Positions 1-13,887 of a DNA stretch of 64,000 bases are shown here, piece after piece (the stretch's first letter is position 1; each line of letters starts with the position of its first letter). The stretch is from Lama glama. Its lineage: Eukaryota. The notes under the pieces were generated by a model. The model was not told the origin of the DNA. It made no database searches and saw nothing but the letters and a program-made list of their open reading frames with translations. The DNA is taken from assembly GCA_028534125.1 (NCBI GenBank), contig CM052817.1, positions 72,604,001 through 72,668,000 on the forward strand, read 5' to 3'. The position numbers and the translations under genes are program-made.

Positions 1-112
1 AGGAGGCTAAAGAGACATAATGACTAAATGCAGTGTGGTGTCCTGGACTGGATCCTGGAATAGCAAGAGGGTACAAATGGAAAGCTGGTGAAACCCAAAT
101 AAAGCAGTCTAG
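1..112 (+). mobile_element. Old L1 (L1MC-type) 3' UTR fragment
   Basis: 'gactaaatgcagtgtggtgtcctggactggatcctggaa...ggaaagctggtgaaacccaaataaag' matches the recalled L1MC 3' UTR; truncated by the window edge. Confidence 0.7.
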
Positions 113-457
113 TGTCTGTCAGCTCTCCCTGAACTTCCATCCCCTGCCGGCTAAGTGGGAATCTGCCTACTACTCCTGAGCCAGGGGAAACCATGAAGAG
201 AGTTTAGAGTTAAGACCTCTTCTATGCCACGACTGAGTGAAAGGAAACAGAAAAACACCAACAACTTGCTCTTTGACGTTTCTGATGTTAGCTGTCTCTC
301 CGTACTGCCGTTTTTCAAGTCACTGGAAATGGGAGAGACCACACCCACATGGACACATCCACTTTCCAGGGCTTAGCTCCTCCTACCTGTAACACTGTTT
401 GTGAGTTTCCATTCCCACATTAAGATGTTAATGACTTTACATTTTTTCATGTGTTTG

Positions 458-537
458 ATCATTTATTCAGCGAGTATTTATTGAGTGCTTACCATGTGTT
501 AAGGTATTAGCACTTTTCTAAAAGCTAAAGATACAAA
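458..537 (-). mobile_element. L2 3' end fragment
   Basis: 'catttattcagcgagtatttattgagtgcttaccatgtg' is the reverse complement of the L2 3' terminus. Confidence 0.6.
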
Positions 538-864
538 CCGACCAATAAGGTGGCTTATTGACGGCCTGTTATGTACCAAGAAGTATAATATGTACTTGAC
601 TGGATTATACAAAGATTAAAATTAAAACCAAAGACTGTTAATTTATGAACTTGGAGGGAAGACTTTAAATAAGACCACAATAGGTTGGAATATTTGGACC
701 ATACTAAAAAGATTAATTTTCAAATCCTAGACACAATTTTTTTTAAATCAATAACTCAACTAGAGGCCTATTTTAGCAGCAGCAGACCTTAAAATATGCT
801 TTTTTTTAAAAGCCTTTGGGCTTCTTTGATGTCTCTCTACTTGACTGTATACAAATCAACTAAG

Positions 865-888
865 AAATGACTACACAAATGACTACAC
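865..888. repeat. Perfect 12-bp tandem duplication (aaatgactacac x2)
   Basis: Read directly from the sequence. Confidence 0.9.
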
Positions 889-1024
889 ATTGTAATGTAC
901 AATTTAGACTTCATTAGGTAAAGTACAGTTTCCACTGCACTTTGAATGTTGTATTTTTAAGTGGGATACTAAAATAATGGTGCATGTTCTTAAAGGAGTA
1001 AGTTGTCCAAAGATCATCACAAGC

Positions 1025-1325
1025 CTTAGAGAAATTGTGATAGATTTTGAAGAATTGCCTTGTCAAAGAAGAATTCTACTTTTTCTGAACAATGCCAGGA
1101 CTCAAACTAGAACTAGCAGGCCAAAGTTATGAAGTGACAGACATTGGGTCAATACTAATTACAACTGGTTAAGAATAAAGTTATTTAGAAAAACCAAGGT
1201 GGTTCCTCAAGTGATAATGCCCTTCTTACAGGTAAAAATATCAAGGATGCAGTAGAACTGTAGTGGGTCAGATTACAAGACCTTAACATTTTCTCCCAAC
1301 TTCAGAACCCTAGAGTTCTGAGAGG
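1025..1325 (+). mobile_element. L3/CR1 LINE 3' fragment
   Basis: Ends 'cagattacaagaccttaacattttctcccaacttcagaaccctagagttctga', resembling the CR1/L3 3' end; upstream 'aaactagaactagcaggccaaagttatgaag' resembles CR1 ORF2 C-terminal DNA. Confidence 0.55.
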
Positions 1326-3929
1326 ATGTAGATATCATTATGTATGAGATAAATAAAAGCGGATGAGTCTGCCTTCTGTGGATGTTAATTGTGCTGTGAG
1401 CTTACATCTCTTGCTGCTTCTCATATTTGCCCAAAATACGTTTCCAAATATTTATTCAACTAGTCTACCTCATTTGTTCCTCTTGGCAATAGCTCAGGTA
1501 AGACCGCTTTACTATCTTCCTGTACACACTCTAAGAACCAATAGCATATGACATTCAACTATATTGAAGGAAACAAATGATATTAAATATTGGTTTGTTT
1601 CAGTGAACATTGGGCCCCTGGCCTATCTCCTTTAAGCTCTTGATATGGGAGTTTGACAGTAATGATTTGTAAATCTTCTAAAGAAAGGTGAAAATCAGAG
1701 AAGTGAGAATTCCTGAAGTCCTGATGTTTCACAGATTAGTAGCCTGACATTAAGAAAGCATGGGGCATTGGGTGAGTGAGCTGGAGCCATAAACATTATC
1801 AGGTAAAGTGAGGTTTCCTGGGGCTGCAGAAAGAAACAAGCTTGTTACTACTTCTGGTATTAATCATAATAAGTGTTTTATCTAAGCCTGTCATGTTTAG
1901 TTTCTCCATGCAATTTACCTCTCAGGCACACGGTTCACAGTATCAGCTGGCCTTATCTTTTAACTTATAGTCTTCAAGTACCTAAATGTATTTCCCCCAA
2001 AGTTCCCACAGTTAACATGACAAAAGTCAACATAAGTACTATTTTAAGACAATGTTGCACCCACATTATAAAAGACAGAGTTGCTTATGCCTGGCTACTC
2101 CTATCATCTGTTGAAATGCATAACAGGCAGCACTGATTCTTTGCCTAATTGCAGTTTTACTGTGAGATTCTGCAAGAGTTTAAATGGGGATCCCAAGTGC
2201 TTTAAAAAACTCATTTATTTCACTTTATCTTTGCCAAAAAAATAAAATAGGGATGTGCTCATCCTGTATCTTGTTCATCTTTTATCAAACAATACTTGTT
2301 AGCTGATACAGTAAGTCCACAAGTAGCTTTTAAGGGATCACATTATGAACTTCACCTTCAAAGGATCATAGACCACTACTAGGAGCAATCCATCCAACCA
2401 AATAACCAGAAAACAAAAAATTCAAACAAGAAATGCTGCAGAGACAGACTTTTTGCTAAAAATATCAGGGAAAAAAACTAGTAGCTCTTATAAACCCAGC
2501 GAGAGATGCCAACCTAAGAAGAAGGTATGACTTGAAGATTAGACAGCTGATAATATTCTACTCTGCATGACCCTATTTCATTACAGTCCTCTTAAGATCT
2601 GCTAATAATCCTTTATAATTAAGCTCCAGCATAATATTAAAATGTTATCCACATGAACACCAACAGCAGTATATTTCAAAGGCTGAAGTGGTTGGTTACT
2701 GCTTCCAGCTATGCATGACAATCATTCAACCACTGTGCAGCTTTAATTTCATTTTTTAAAAGGCCTGCCCCAAGATTTTAAAGAAAAATGATTCTTTTCT
2801 ATCAATAACTGCAGTGAAATCGATCTTATTTAAACCCAAGCTGTTAAGAGTATGTCCAAGAATTTGCATTCCTCCCTTTAGAACTAAAAACCTTTCTACA
2901 TCACCACAAAAGTGAGGTCACTTTTAAGAACTGTAAAGGTAGTAGTACCAGAAACTGCAAATGGTCATCAGGCAACACACAACAAAAATTGTTGATTCTA
3001 CATCATATGTGATAAGATTTGATTAAACTCTACTGTCCATTTTCAACTGTAGTGCATAACATTTTCCATTTCCTCTATTTCAGTGTATTGTCTTCATCAC
3101 CTTAGAAAATTTCAGTTTTTTCCAAAAACTAAATTATTATTTGAACCAAATAATAATTTTTTAAAATAACTCATTCAAAACATATTTAGTTTAACTACCT
3201 CAGTACAACTGGATCATGAACCTAATCTACTAAGTAAATTTACTTCAGAACAGAATTATTGTTAGAATGTAAATATTGATCCTAGGGCTAAAAAAATGAT
3301 GATACACAATTTAACCTTATAACCTTTTCTGATTTTGCCTCTCATATAAAAACAAGGGAGTTGGGGTGATGTTAACAACTTTCAAATTTAAAATGTTGCC
3401 TTTGACTCCAATAAAGAAAAAAAAATGTGAAAATTATCACATGTTCTTTTAAAAGATTTGACTTGATTTTTAATTTACAGATAAGAAAGTGGTATTAGCG
3501 TAGGTTCTTTTCTGAGTTGAATGTTACTATAGATTGGAAAATAATATGCTGTCAGATAGGAAATGATGACTTGCAACCGTTATGACTATATCTAGACTCA
3601 TAAAGTGCTTTGAAAAAAAATAATATTCCACAAGCAGCTATTTGGTGAGATTATTATTAGACATTTGGCTACATTTTACACATTTTTGCTGAAGGGAAAG
3701 GTTTTCCTTAATTTGTTCATGTGTTTTTAAACAAAAGCCGGTTCTAAAGGAATGATTTACAAGTGTCATTTAAGCCATTTTAAAATAGTGTATGTCAAGA
3801 TTAATAATAGTAATGTCCTTTCAAAAATCTCATGGAAACATTTAATTAGAGCATTTCTATTTTTACCAGAAGTTTTATATAATCCTAAGTATTGAGATAA
3901 ACAGGCTAAGACATTTTTAAAATTATCTT

Positions 3930-4500
3930 TTATTTAATGTTAATGATACACCAGGCACTGCGGCGTGTGGTGATGGAAATAAACAGATGAATAAAACACA
4001 GGTTTTGACTTCAGAGAGGTTTTAATCTACTGGCAAGGTTTAGGGAGGGCTGACAGAGAAGTGAAAGGAAGAATAGGCAGAGGGTCAACTAAAACACAAG
4101 TCACAGAGCTCGGCTGTGAAAGCCTTTGAGAGGACAGGCAGGAAATACAGATTCAGGAACTAGCTAAATGTAAGACATTAGGGAATGGTAGAAACTCTAA
4201 CTGTAGGGTGCATGCCCCTTGCAGAGGCAATCAAAACAAATTATTTTTAAAACATTGTGCCAGTAAATCAAAATGGTCCATCAACTCAATTCAGTCTGCA
4301 ATTTACAATCCTTGTTTTAAAACTATGAGACGGATTAAACTGTGGTATGACATGTGTTACAGTCAAGGTACAAGTAAAATTTACTGAGCGCCTAAAGAGC
4401 ATAGTGAGTAAATCCAGGTGAGGGATTGGAAAAGTCTTCAGAGAGAAGGTGAGATTTAACTGAATCTTGACAAATAAGGAGGATTCAACACATAGAGAAT
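3930..4500 (-). mobile_element. Degraded L2 fragments
   Basis: 'ccaggcactg...aaacagatgaataaaacacagg' and 'ggaaaagtcttcagagagaaggtgagatttaactgaatcttga' are typical of antisense L2. Confidence 0.5.
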
Positions 4501-4510
4501 GGCTGATACA

Positions 4511-4700
4511 ACATAACTCAGTGGTGAGGAGCCCAGGATATGGAGCTGCAATGCCTGGTTTCCAGTACTAGCTCTGCCACTGACCAGTTCTGTGCCCCTG
4601 GCAAGTTAATTAACCTCTATAAGCCTCAGTTTCTGCATATATAACATGAAAACTTACCTCTGTGGGTTGTTTTAAAGATTAAATGATAAGATACATGTAA
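4511..4700 (+). mobile_element. MIR SINE
   Basis: 'agctctgccactgaccagttctgtgcccctggcaagttaattaacctctataagcctcagtttctgcatatataa' is the MIR core. Confidence 0.85.
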
Positions 4701-5829
4701 ATTAATGGTTTAGCTATTTTATTTGTACATATAGCTCTCTGTACTAACCATCTTATTGATCATTTCTAGAACTTAGCAAATCTCCCTATAAAAATTGATC
4801 CAAGATTTCACCACCCCTCACCATTTTGTTGCGGTACAACTGTCGTGAGCAAGTTGAGTTCTCAGAACTAGAGCCAGAATTATCAATGAAAGGTAAAGGA
4901 GATGAGACAGCGCCCTATAATCGTCAAAAGTAGTAAACACCAAGAAGTATTACTCCGTATTTCATTACACTTGAGAATGTCTTGCTATTTTAGAAATTAC
5001 AAGCTGTAGCAAGACAAACCTTATCTTGTGTAATGCTGGAATCATTACTTAAAAAATGCATTCTATCAGAAATAGATGGTACTGACCCACACAAAACAAT
5101 TATGCCAAGTGCTTGCTCACCTCCTGTCATTTGGAGCTAATGTTGATTTAACTACTGTGAGTATATATCACTTTCTCCACTCAGAACAAGGGATCACAAA
5201 GAGATTTTCATGGAAGGAAAGTTTTGGCTTTTCCTCTACAGTGATGTATATTGAAAAGGCAAAACATCATGTAAGCAAATAGAAAGAAAATAATTAAAAA
5301 CAAAAATGAAGCAAGTTTCTCCCCATCTTTACATCCTGCCTAATTTCCCATGACACCTTCTAAATGGCTTCATACCATCAGTGCACACTCCTGAGACTGA
5401 TTCTCAAAGCCTTCTTCCTTAATCTGGCCTCTCGAATGTTCCCAGGAGGCCAGCAGGACCACTCTGCCATGCAAATGTCTTCCACGGCTCCAGGTCACTT
5501 CACACACCCTCACCCTCCTGCCCATGCCCCCTATTCTAAACAAATCCTTTCCTTCCCAAAGGACCAATTCTGGTCCTGACGTGGTTTTCTCAACTGCTGC
5601 AATCCAAAACGGACACTCCTTCCTTCAAATTCCTATTGATTTAATCCTATTTATTTACACCCTATTTGTCTGTATCAATCCTATTTACATCAACCATAGA
5701 CATTCAAATCTGTGATGACTTCAGTTGCTCTGAAAATTTGCCAGTCTTTCTCCCCAAAATAAAAGTTTGGTAGTTATTATATTCTATTCATTTTAAGTGT
5801 TTCTACATTCTTTATTTGACTTGACCTGG

Positions 5830-6260
5830 TTTTTTTTTTTATACAAGATGTGAAATGTTAGGACTTAGGTTACCTTTTTCTCAAAATGGACATCTTGATA
5901 ATACTATCTATCAAATAATTCTTCCCTTCACAATTCAACTCCAATGGTTTCTTTAACCCACTCAGGCCATTTCAAGGAATCCTACTATATTGATCTGCCT
6001 AGTCTTAACATCACTACTAAAATGCTTAAATTATTCATCTTTATTTTGTCATTACATTTTTCTGAATATATGTTCTTATGTTTACTAATCTAGATAAATT
6101 TTAGAATCATTTTGTTGATTAACACAGACTTCAGGTTTTCATAAGAATTACCTTTAACATGTCTGGCAACTTGCCAAGGAACATATTACTATATTGTTTG
6201 ATAATTAATGTAACATTTAGGACATGTTAAGTCTTTTCATTTATGCACATTCACCATTTT
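5830..6260 (-). mobile_element. Ancient L1 ORF2 remnant (antisense)
   Basis: T-rich, with 'agataaattttagaatcattttgttga' and related antisense-L1 phrases; highly diverged. Confidence 0.45.
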
Positions 6261-6294
6261 TTTAACAACTCCCTTACAATGTCTTTAAGGTCTG

Positions 6295-6500
6295 AACAAA
6301 CTGAAATACTCCCCATTCTCTGAACACAACTGATGTCTAGTCTTTCAAATCTACCCACCTCCTTCTTCCCATGAAAATGTCCTCATATCTCCCTAAAGAT
6401 CCCACCACTCTCCAAAAAAACCCATTTCAAATGCCACTGTCTCCTTGGATCTTCTAACTATACAGCAGAGAATAATTTTTCCATTCTTTTAAACTTCTAT
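6295..6500 (+). mobile_element. Degraded L2
   Basis: 'cccatttcaaatgccactgtctccttgg' and C/T-rich sense-L2 composition. Confidence 0.4.
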
Positions 6501-7079
6501 AGGGGGAGGTATAATTTTATGGTTAAGTTACACCACATCAAAAATTCTGATTTGCTATTACACTAACATCAGTCTTCCTTTTCTTCTTTGGTTTCCAAAA
6601 TCTATGAACCATTTCTCTTTCCACGTTGCACCAACTTGTACACAAGATTATGCTTTTTAACATTTCCCCCCAAATTTATTTGCAAATGAATAATTAATTA
6701 ATGAGAAACAGAGATTTTTATAGAGAAATGTATAACTTGTAGGACAAGTATTTTACACTACAACCTCAACAAACAATCTTAAAATCATTTTCAATCCCTA
6801 TTAACTATTTCCTGTTTCCCTCAAGTGCCTATCTCAGCTGGTCTGCCCCAGGTATTCGTATTTTCTTACATTTTCCCTGAACAGCAAGTGCTCAGCCAAC
6901 CAGAGTGGTCAATGCAATGGCCAGCTGTCCCTCTACGAGGCAGAGGCTGTCTCTTCTTTAGCCTGGGCCTCAGATGATAGCTGGATTTTGGAGGCTCCTT
7001 ATCAAATTATCATCAAAATATCACTGGGGGGCACAGGTGGCAAAATGAAGTTTTATACCTGCTAAGAAAATAAAGATTT

Positions 7080-7250
7080 CTCCATAACCTTATTTACTTG
7101 TGACCATCTGTTGTCTTCCACTATATTGCAAATTCAGTAAGTACAAAAATCATTGTCATATTATGCTTTAAATATCTCCACAGCACTAAGTGCATGACCC
7201 ATAATACCTTGTTTCTTGTAGAGGAATGCTTTTAGATGAATGAATACATA
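7080..7250 (+). mobile_element. L2 3' end
   Basis: 'ccactatattgcaaattcagtaagtacaaaaatcattgtc...tatctccacagcactaagtgca...gatgaatgaat'. Confidence 0.5.
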
Positions 7251-7786
7251 ATTTGATAAATTAACAATTAATAAATAAATGTATGGCCTCTGTGTGGGTC
7301 ATAAAAGATATGAACAGAACTGACTTGGAGAAAGCTCTATTTTATTAAAATAAGGAGACTAATTTTCACAGCTGCAAAAATATTCTTTTCCACTTTTCTC
7401 CTTAGGTCCACAAGGACCTCTTAGTGGAGAGTTTTGTTATGGTTTTCAGTTTTAAAAAGAAACAAATTCACTTCTAGTTTCAAGTTTCTTTTTTGTTTGT
7501 TTTGTTTTACTTTTGTCTCTCATTTACTCTGACTCAGCCTCTCTCAAATTCTCATAGGATATCAGAAAAAGAAAAAAAGTCTGTAGCACTACTTAAATCT
7601 AATGCAAAAGGATATTAAATTAAATTTTCCAATTTTTCTAGATTTTTAATTGGGACATAAAATTAAAAATAAAATGAATCAAGTACCCTGTTATAAAGAG
7701 AGAAAAGTCCAAGTAGTCCAAACAGGTTGTCAAAAGTGCAACACATTTCTTTAAGTCTAAAATCTACCTTTTAAAATCACAACTTA

Positions 7787-8842
7787 CTTATGCACAACAA
7801 AGGAAACTATTAACAAAACAAAAAGACAACCAACAGAATGAGAGAAAATATTTGCAAATGATGCAACCAACAAGCAGTTAATATCCAAAATATACAAACA
7901 GCTCATACAACTCAGTATCAAATAAACAAACAAACAACCTAGTCAAAAAAATGGACAAAAACCTAAACAGACATTTCTCCAAAGAAGACATACAGATGGA
8001 CAACAAACATATGAAAAGATGCTCGGCATCATGAATTATTAGAGAAATGCAAATTGAAACAACAATGAGCTATCACCTCACACCAGTCAGAAGGGTCATC
8101 ATCAAAAAGTCTACAAATAATAAATGCTAGAAAGGGTGTAGAGGAAAGGGAACCCTCCTACATTATTGGTGGGAATGTAAATTGGTAAAACCATTATGGA
8201 AAACAGTATGGAGGTTTCTTAAAAACTAAAAATAGAGCTACCATATGATCTGGAAATCCTACTTCTGGGCATATAGCTGGAAAAGATAAAAACTCTAATA
8301 TGAAAAGCTAAAAGCACACAAATGTTCTTAGCAGCACTATGTACAATAGCCAAGACATGGAAACAACCCAAGTGTCCATCAACAAACAATTGGTTTAAGA
8401 AGATGTGGTGTATATATATGCAATGGAATACTACTCAGCCATAAAAAATAAAACACTGCCATTTGGGACCCTAGAGGATATCATACTAAGTGATGTAAGT
8501 CATGGAAAGACAAATACTACATAACGTCACTTATATGTGGGATACAAAAAATAATACAAGTGAATCTATATACAAAACAGAAACAAACTCACAGACATAG
8601 AAAATAAACTTATGGTTACCCTAGGGGTAATAGATACAAACTACTATAGACAAAATAGATAAGTAACAAGGATTTACTGTATAGCACTGGGAATTATACT
8701 CAATATCTTGTAGTAAGGAAAAATAACCTGAAATATATATGTGTATATATAAAACACACATATCTGTATACATACTGAACCACTTCACTCCACACCTTAA
8801 ACTAAAACAATTATTGTAAATCAACTATACCTCAGTACAAAA
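7787..8842 (+). mobile_element. 5'-truncated L1 (cetartiodactyl type): ORF2 C-terminal DNA, 3' UTR and A-tail
   Basis: Clear ORF2 3' sequence; TSD aaaatcacaac(t/c)ta at 7773-7786 and 8843-8856; TT|AAAA endonuclease site. Confidence 0.95.
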
Positions 8843-9069
8843 AAAATCACAACCTAATTCTAAGTTTGTCTTAACATGAAGCAAACTTACTGTTCTGAGA
8901 TAAGGTAAGGAAAGTTTCATAAATATAATAAGAAATGTCATAAACAGATTTTGTGGGAAGCTTTATCATTCCTTTTATAATATGTAACAAAACAAACACA
9001 TAAATAATATAAAAGGGCAAAGAAAAATAGATAATATTATAAGGTCATAATATATGTATCCTACAGAGC

Positions 9070-11440
9070 CTAAATTCAATTTTTCTTCAAATATTCATTG
9101 GACATCTTCAAAGTATTATAATATGTATATATCATAAATATTTATATATTTACATATATGTATACACAGATATACATACTGAACCATAAGAAAATCTCAA
9201 TAAATCCCCAACTTTAAAAACTGCATAAGCACCATTATTCGTATCTGACAATACAACAAAAATGGAAAATTAGTAACAAATTTTAAGTGAAAGAGAGTCC
9301 TCTTGGAATTTTTTAAAAGCTATCTAAATCATTCTTGAGTTAAATAATAATTGTTAAAAGCTAATAGTAAACAACTTAGGAAATAATAAAATTGAGACTT
9401 GTGAGACATAATCAAAAGTTAATGAAGACAAATGCATAGCCTTAAGGGTAATCATTATGAAATAAAAATAAATGAACCAAGCATTTAACTATTATAATTA
9501 TTTCATATAATATTAATTATACCAATAGAAGCTTCCTTTTAGGGCAACCACCCTGCTCCAACATTCTAATAAACACTTTATAATAGTTTCTACTTTTAAT
9601 TCTGACTTACTGAGGTAGATACCATAATTTGAATTTTGCACATGGGAAACTCTGGCTCTGTACAAAGTTTAAGCACCTTATGCAAAATCACATAGTTGAT
9701 AAGTGCCAACTTCAGGATTCATAATACAATATGTGAGATCCTAATCAGGAAATAAAATACTTAAAATGACAGAATACTGAATTGTAAACCAAAATGGTAT
9801 TAGCATTAGAGCAATTAAGACTAATATATTAACAATAAAAGAGACAGACTTCTGGTAAATTAAATAAGAAAAAGTATATACAAATAACCAAATATCAGAA
9901 TGAGAAAAGATGCATAACAACAAAGAGATGAGATTTTAAAGATCTTTTCAGGCAGTATTCTATTCCGGTACTAACCAATTCAAGATTTATATAAGTTTAA
10001 AATATGTATGTACTTCAAAGCTGACCCATAAAGTAGAGAACCTAAGGAGAGATGTAAAGTGAAAGAAACTGCAAATATATCAGAGATTATGCCCTCAGAT
10101 AGTTTCACACCAAAATAACCTTCCTAATATTTGATCCCTTAAGAAATAGATAATACTAGTATGTTATGTAATATTATCTAACACACAAAAACATGATAGT
10201 TTCAAATGCAATTTTGACATTATTCTTATCCTCACATCAAAAATCTGACCAAGAGAGCCACCTACAAACCCTTAAATGTTGCCTTACTTAGATACATGCA
10301 GAAATACTAAGCAAATAAAAGATTCATCCCTAAACAAGGACTTAGCAAACAATATTAATAAAAGAAAAACATTTTAAGAAAAACATTACATCTGCTTTAA
10401 GAGGGTTATTTCACAATAAAAGCAGTCCAGTCCCTCTTAAATAAAGGCATAACAGTTATAAACTTTCAGTAATTAACAGTATCAAGATGTGTAATGTATA
10501 TATTGTTAGAAACGTTATAATCTTTTGGAGATTTTTAGATAAATAATTGTAGTGGGAGGATTTAATTTACCACTCAATCTCTCTCTGATTAAGTAAATAA
10601 AAAGGGAATAAAATATAGACTATCTGAATAACATAAGATTAATGTATTGGATTCAATTTATAACTAACAGAGAACATATTTTTTTCTAAGTATTCACGAA
10701 ATATTTATTTTTAAAAATTGTACATTAGGTCACAAGGGCAACTGCAAGAGAATCCAAAAAGCAGAAGTTTTACAGGACATATTCTCTGGCCACAACACAA
10801 TAAACCTAGGAATTAAAAACAGAGTAACAAATGAAATATAGACAGGGGAAATACTTGCAATATACAGTGAAACTGTATGTACTAGCTAAATTTTTTTATA
10901 TAACGTATTTATTTACATGTCAGTGAAGTGGACATATATTTATTATATAAAAAGCTCTCACAAATAAATAAGAAGAAGTTTCACAACTCATTGGAAAAGT
11001 GGGCAATAGTAAATAAATAGAGCAGTCAGAAAAGTAATAAAGTGGCCAATAAATTTGACTCTCATAGTCAAACAAGTGCAAATTAAACTAATATATCTCT
11101 TTCTTTGTCAGATTAGAAAACAGTAAAAAAGAATGAAAATAATTAGTGTAATGAACACAGAAGCTAACAACCATGTGCAAAAAGGAAGTTAAAGTATGAA
11201 TTAATATATTACACTTTTTAGAAGATCATATAGTAATATATATATATAAAAGTTTAAACATAGATACTAGCTAGCCTATTCATTTCACCCCTAAGAATGT
11301 ATCATAAGGAAATGAGTGTGAAATGATACAAAGATCTTATGCATCTGAATGGTCAAAATAGTGAAAACTTGAAAACAGTCTTATCCTTCAAAAGGAGACT
11401 GGTTAAATATTTACTGTACATCTATACAAAAGAATACTCT
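9070..11440 (+). mobile_element. Mosaic of ancient L1 ORF2 fragments (endonuclease and C-terminal regions), interrupted by a MIR
   Basis: A-rich; 'attgtagtgggaggatttaat' (IVGDFN-like), 'ttctctggccacaacacaataaacctagga' (SDHN-like) and C-terminal phrases at 10.85-11.44 kb. Confidence 0.65.
9595..9745 (-). mobile_element. MIR fragment
   Basis: 'tgaggtagataccat...ttttgcacatgggaaactctggct...aaatcacatagttgataagtgcc...caggattca'. Confidence 0.65.
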
Positions 11441-12559
11441 TCAAAAAATTAGGATTTTGGGATATTTCATTCCAAATTGAAATCAGCCACATTTTATTCA
11501 GACCATTCTAGGGTCATTCCATTATCTCTGGCTGAAAGAGGAGGCAAAATTCTGACAGAGTGATCTCACATCAGTTCTAATAAATGAATATAGTTCTTTT
11601 CTGAAAAAAAAATTGACTTAAAAATTTGAAAGTTCAAATTCTAATGTCATCCATCAATTTGAACATTCATTTTTCCCTCAGGTAAATTGTACTATCTAGT
11701 TTACTTTCTGAGGTTGTGATCATTTGAAATTTCACCAGACAGTGAGACCAAGTTAAAGACTTCTTTAAGTGTGATCAGTCTTCTTGTTTTACTGCCATTT
11801 AGACCCAGATTTCAAAGGTCAATGAATTACGCCAGTATTGTTTAGATTATGTACCAACTACAAACATACCATAATGTGCAAAGCTGATAAGAAACATGAT
11901 CAATAACCAGATAGCATCTTACAGCTGGTACTTTGGAAAGATGATCAAAAATGACCTAACATTTTTAGCATTTGTTTACAACATATCGATCAATTGTATA
12001 GCAGTCAATGTATTTTAAACAGCATGACTGCTCAAGCTGAAGTTGCTTTATATCATAAAAACCAAATAGAAACCCATGAAGCCGCGTCTCTCAGCATGGC
12101 TATAGATTTTTTTTTTTGTATTTCTATTTAATATATAGCTTTAACAATGCATCCTGGCACTTTTCTTACAACCGCTCTGAAAATAGTGTGTTCTTCACTG
12201 AGTAAATAAGTCAAATACAAACAAGAAGTAGGTCAATTTAAGCCCTGAAAAATCTCAGGTCAAAGTAGTATATGAGTGTTTTTAAATCAATTTACTCAGT
12301 ATCCCAAAGGATCAAAGCTCTTTTATAAAGCTCTAAAGCTCTGGATAAAAGTCTGGTATCAAGATTCTAAACATACCATCCAATATGAACCTTAAACAAC
12401 TCAATATTTTCATTAACAAAATATCAACCTATGAATCCTGACTATAAAGTTGTAACCCTGGAAATTTAAATGAGGTTTAAGTGCATCCTTACTCTGGAGT
12501 AATTACAACGCTGCATCAAGCTTATTCTCTAGGCCTGGCTCCACCTTAAACACTAGAGA

Positions 12560-12735
12560 TACATTATTTCAAATAATCTGAACAGTAACAGGATGGGATA
12601 GGTATTTCCCATTTTAGAGGACAATAAAACATGGAAAATGAGCACCTCCCTGCTTACCCAGCTAGTGGGTGGCAGAGCTGAGTTTTAAACCTAGCCAGCC
12701 CAGCTCTACAGTTCATGCTCTTAACCTCTGTGCCT
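12560..12735 (-). mobile_element. MIR SINE
   Basis: 'cccattttagagg...acccagctagtgggtggcagagctgagttttaaacctag...catgctcttaacc'. Confidence 0.8.
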
Positions 12736-13887
12736 TGGTATAACTATTTAGGGGTTTTTCTTGTATTTTACATGTATGTGTTAAGATATGTGTCTTTAAA
12801 ATTCTTAATGACACATATTGTTACATGATTTAAATGTGGCACAAAGATTGCCTTACTAAAACTATTTTCTAAAAGTTCTATGATTATTTATGTCTATATG
12901 TAGTATATATCCATGTGTAAATTTCTTGCCATAGACTCTTTTCTTGCCTCTTTTTTCTCTTTGTGTTCTACACTTCCCTTCTCTTCCCTACTCATGTACA
13001 TAGACTCCTTTTCTCCCAAAAAGTTCACGCCATCTTCTCTCTTATGCCACTTTCTCTTCCTCTCAGAGCTGTATCCCAGATCAGCTGGCTTTCCTCTAAC
13101 CCCACCCTGTCCACCCACCTCCTTCTACCCAAATCCTTATTACTTGGCCTCTGGCTCTGTGTGAGTGACTCAATTACCATCCTTCGACAATCCTAAGATT
13201 ATAGACCCTGTGCATCTTATCACAGAACTCAGAGTCACTCATGTAATAAAGGTGTCCTTCAAACACATTTTTGATAGTGATCAATAAAGTCTTATGTAAG
13301 ATTTTGAAGACTTTTACTCCAGTGCCCACATTTTTCAATTTCATATGTCTTTCTGATTTCAAAATTTATTTCCAAGTTTCAGCTTAATAACTGACTAGTT
13401 ATCAAACAGAATATAAAGGAATTGCTCTGCTTTAAAACAAGCTTTATCTTACATGGTGTTGTTTGACATTTAATCCCCTTTCTCTTCTTAACTATAGAAG
13501 TCAGCTGTTTAGTGATAAATTACTGTCTGACACCCTAGTAAACTTTACCACCACCAATAAAACAAATTGGAATTTAAAGGAGTAAAAGGAAAGAAAGAGC
13601 ACGGATCATGCAAATAGAGAGATGAAAAGCATGCTAACAAAAACAAACCAAAAATAGTTTGAAAAGAAATTAAATCTTCATTTTCAAATAAATACATTTA
13701 TTATCTGTTAAGTAGGAAAAAAAATAAAGGATTTATTTAAAAACCTGTTGAGTATTCAAAAAAACAAAATGCTTGATTTCATTTTTACTGCATAAATTTT
13801 AAGGTACGACTATTTATACAAAAAGACATCCATCATCATGTTGATTGAATAGGAAGAAAATTTTTAATTTCAAAACTAGTTAGGTCA

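Noticed and set aside
1220..1237. Recursive splice site 'cccttcttacag|gtaaaa'
   Set aside because: Short pyrimidine tract, weak donor, and it lies inside an L3/CR1 fossil.
11500..11612. Minus-strand terminal exon after 'tttttttttcag' (KELYSFIRTDVRSLCQNFASSFSQR*)
   Set aside because: The acceptor is just an A-tract, the peptide is unrecognisable and there is no supporting upstream exon.
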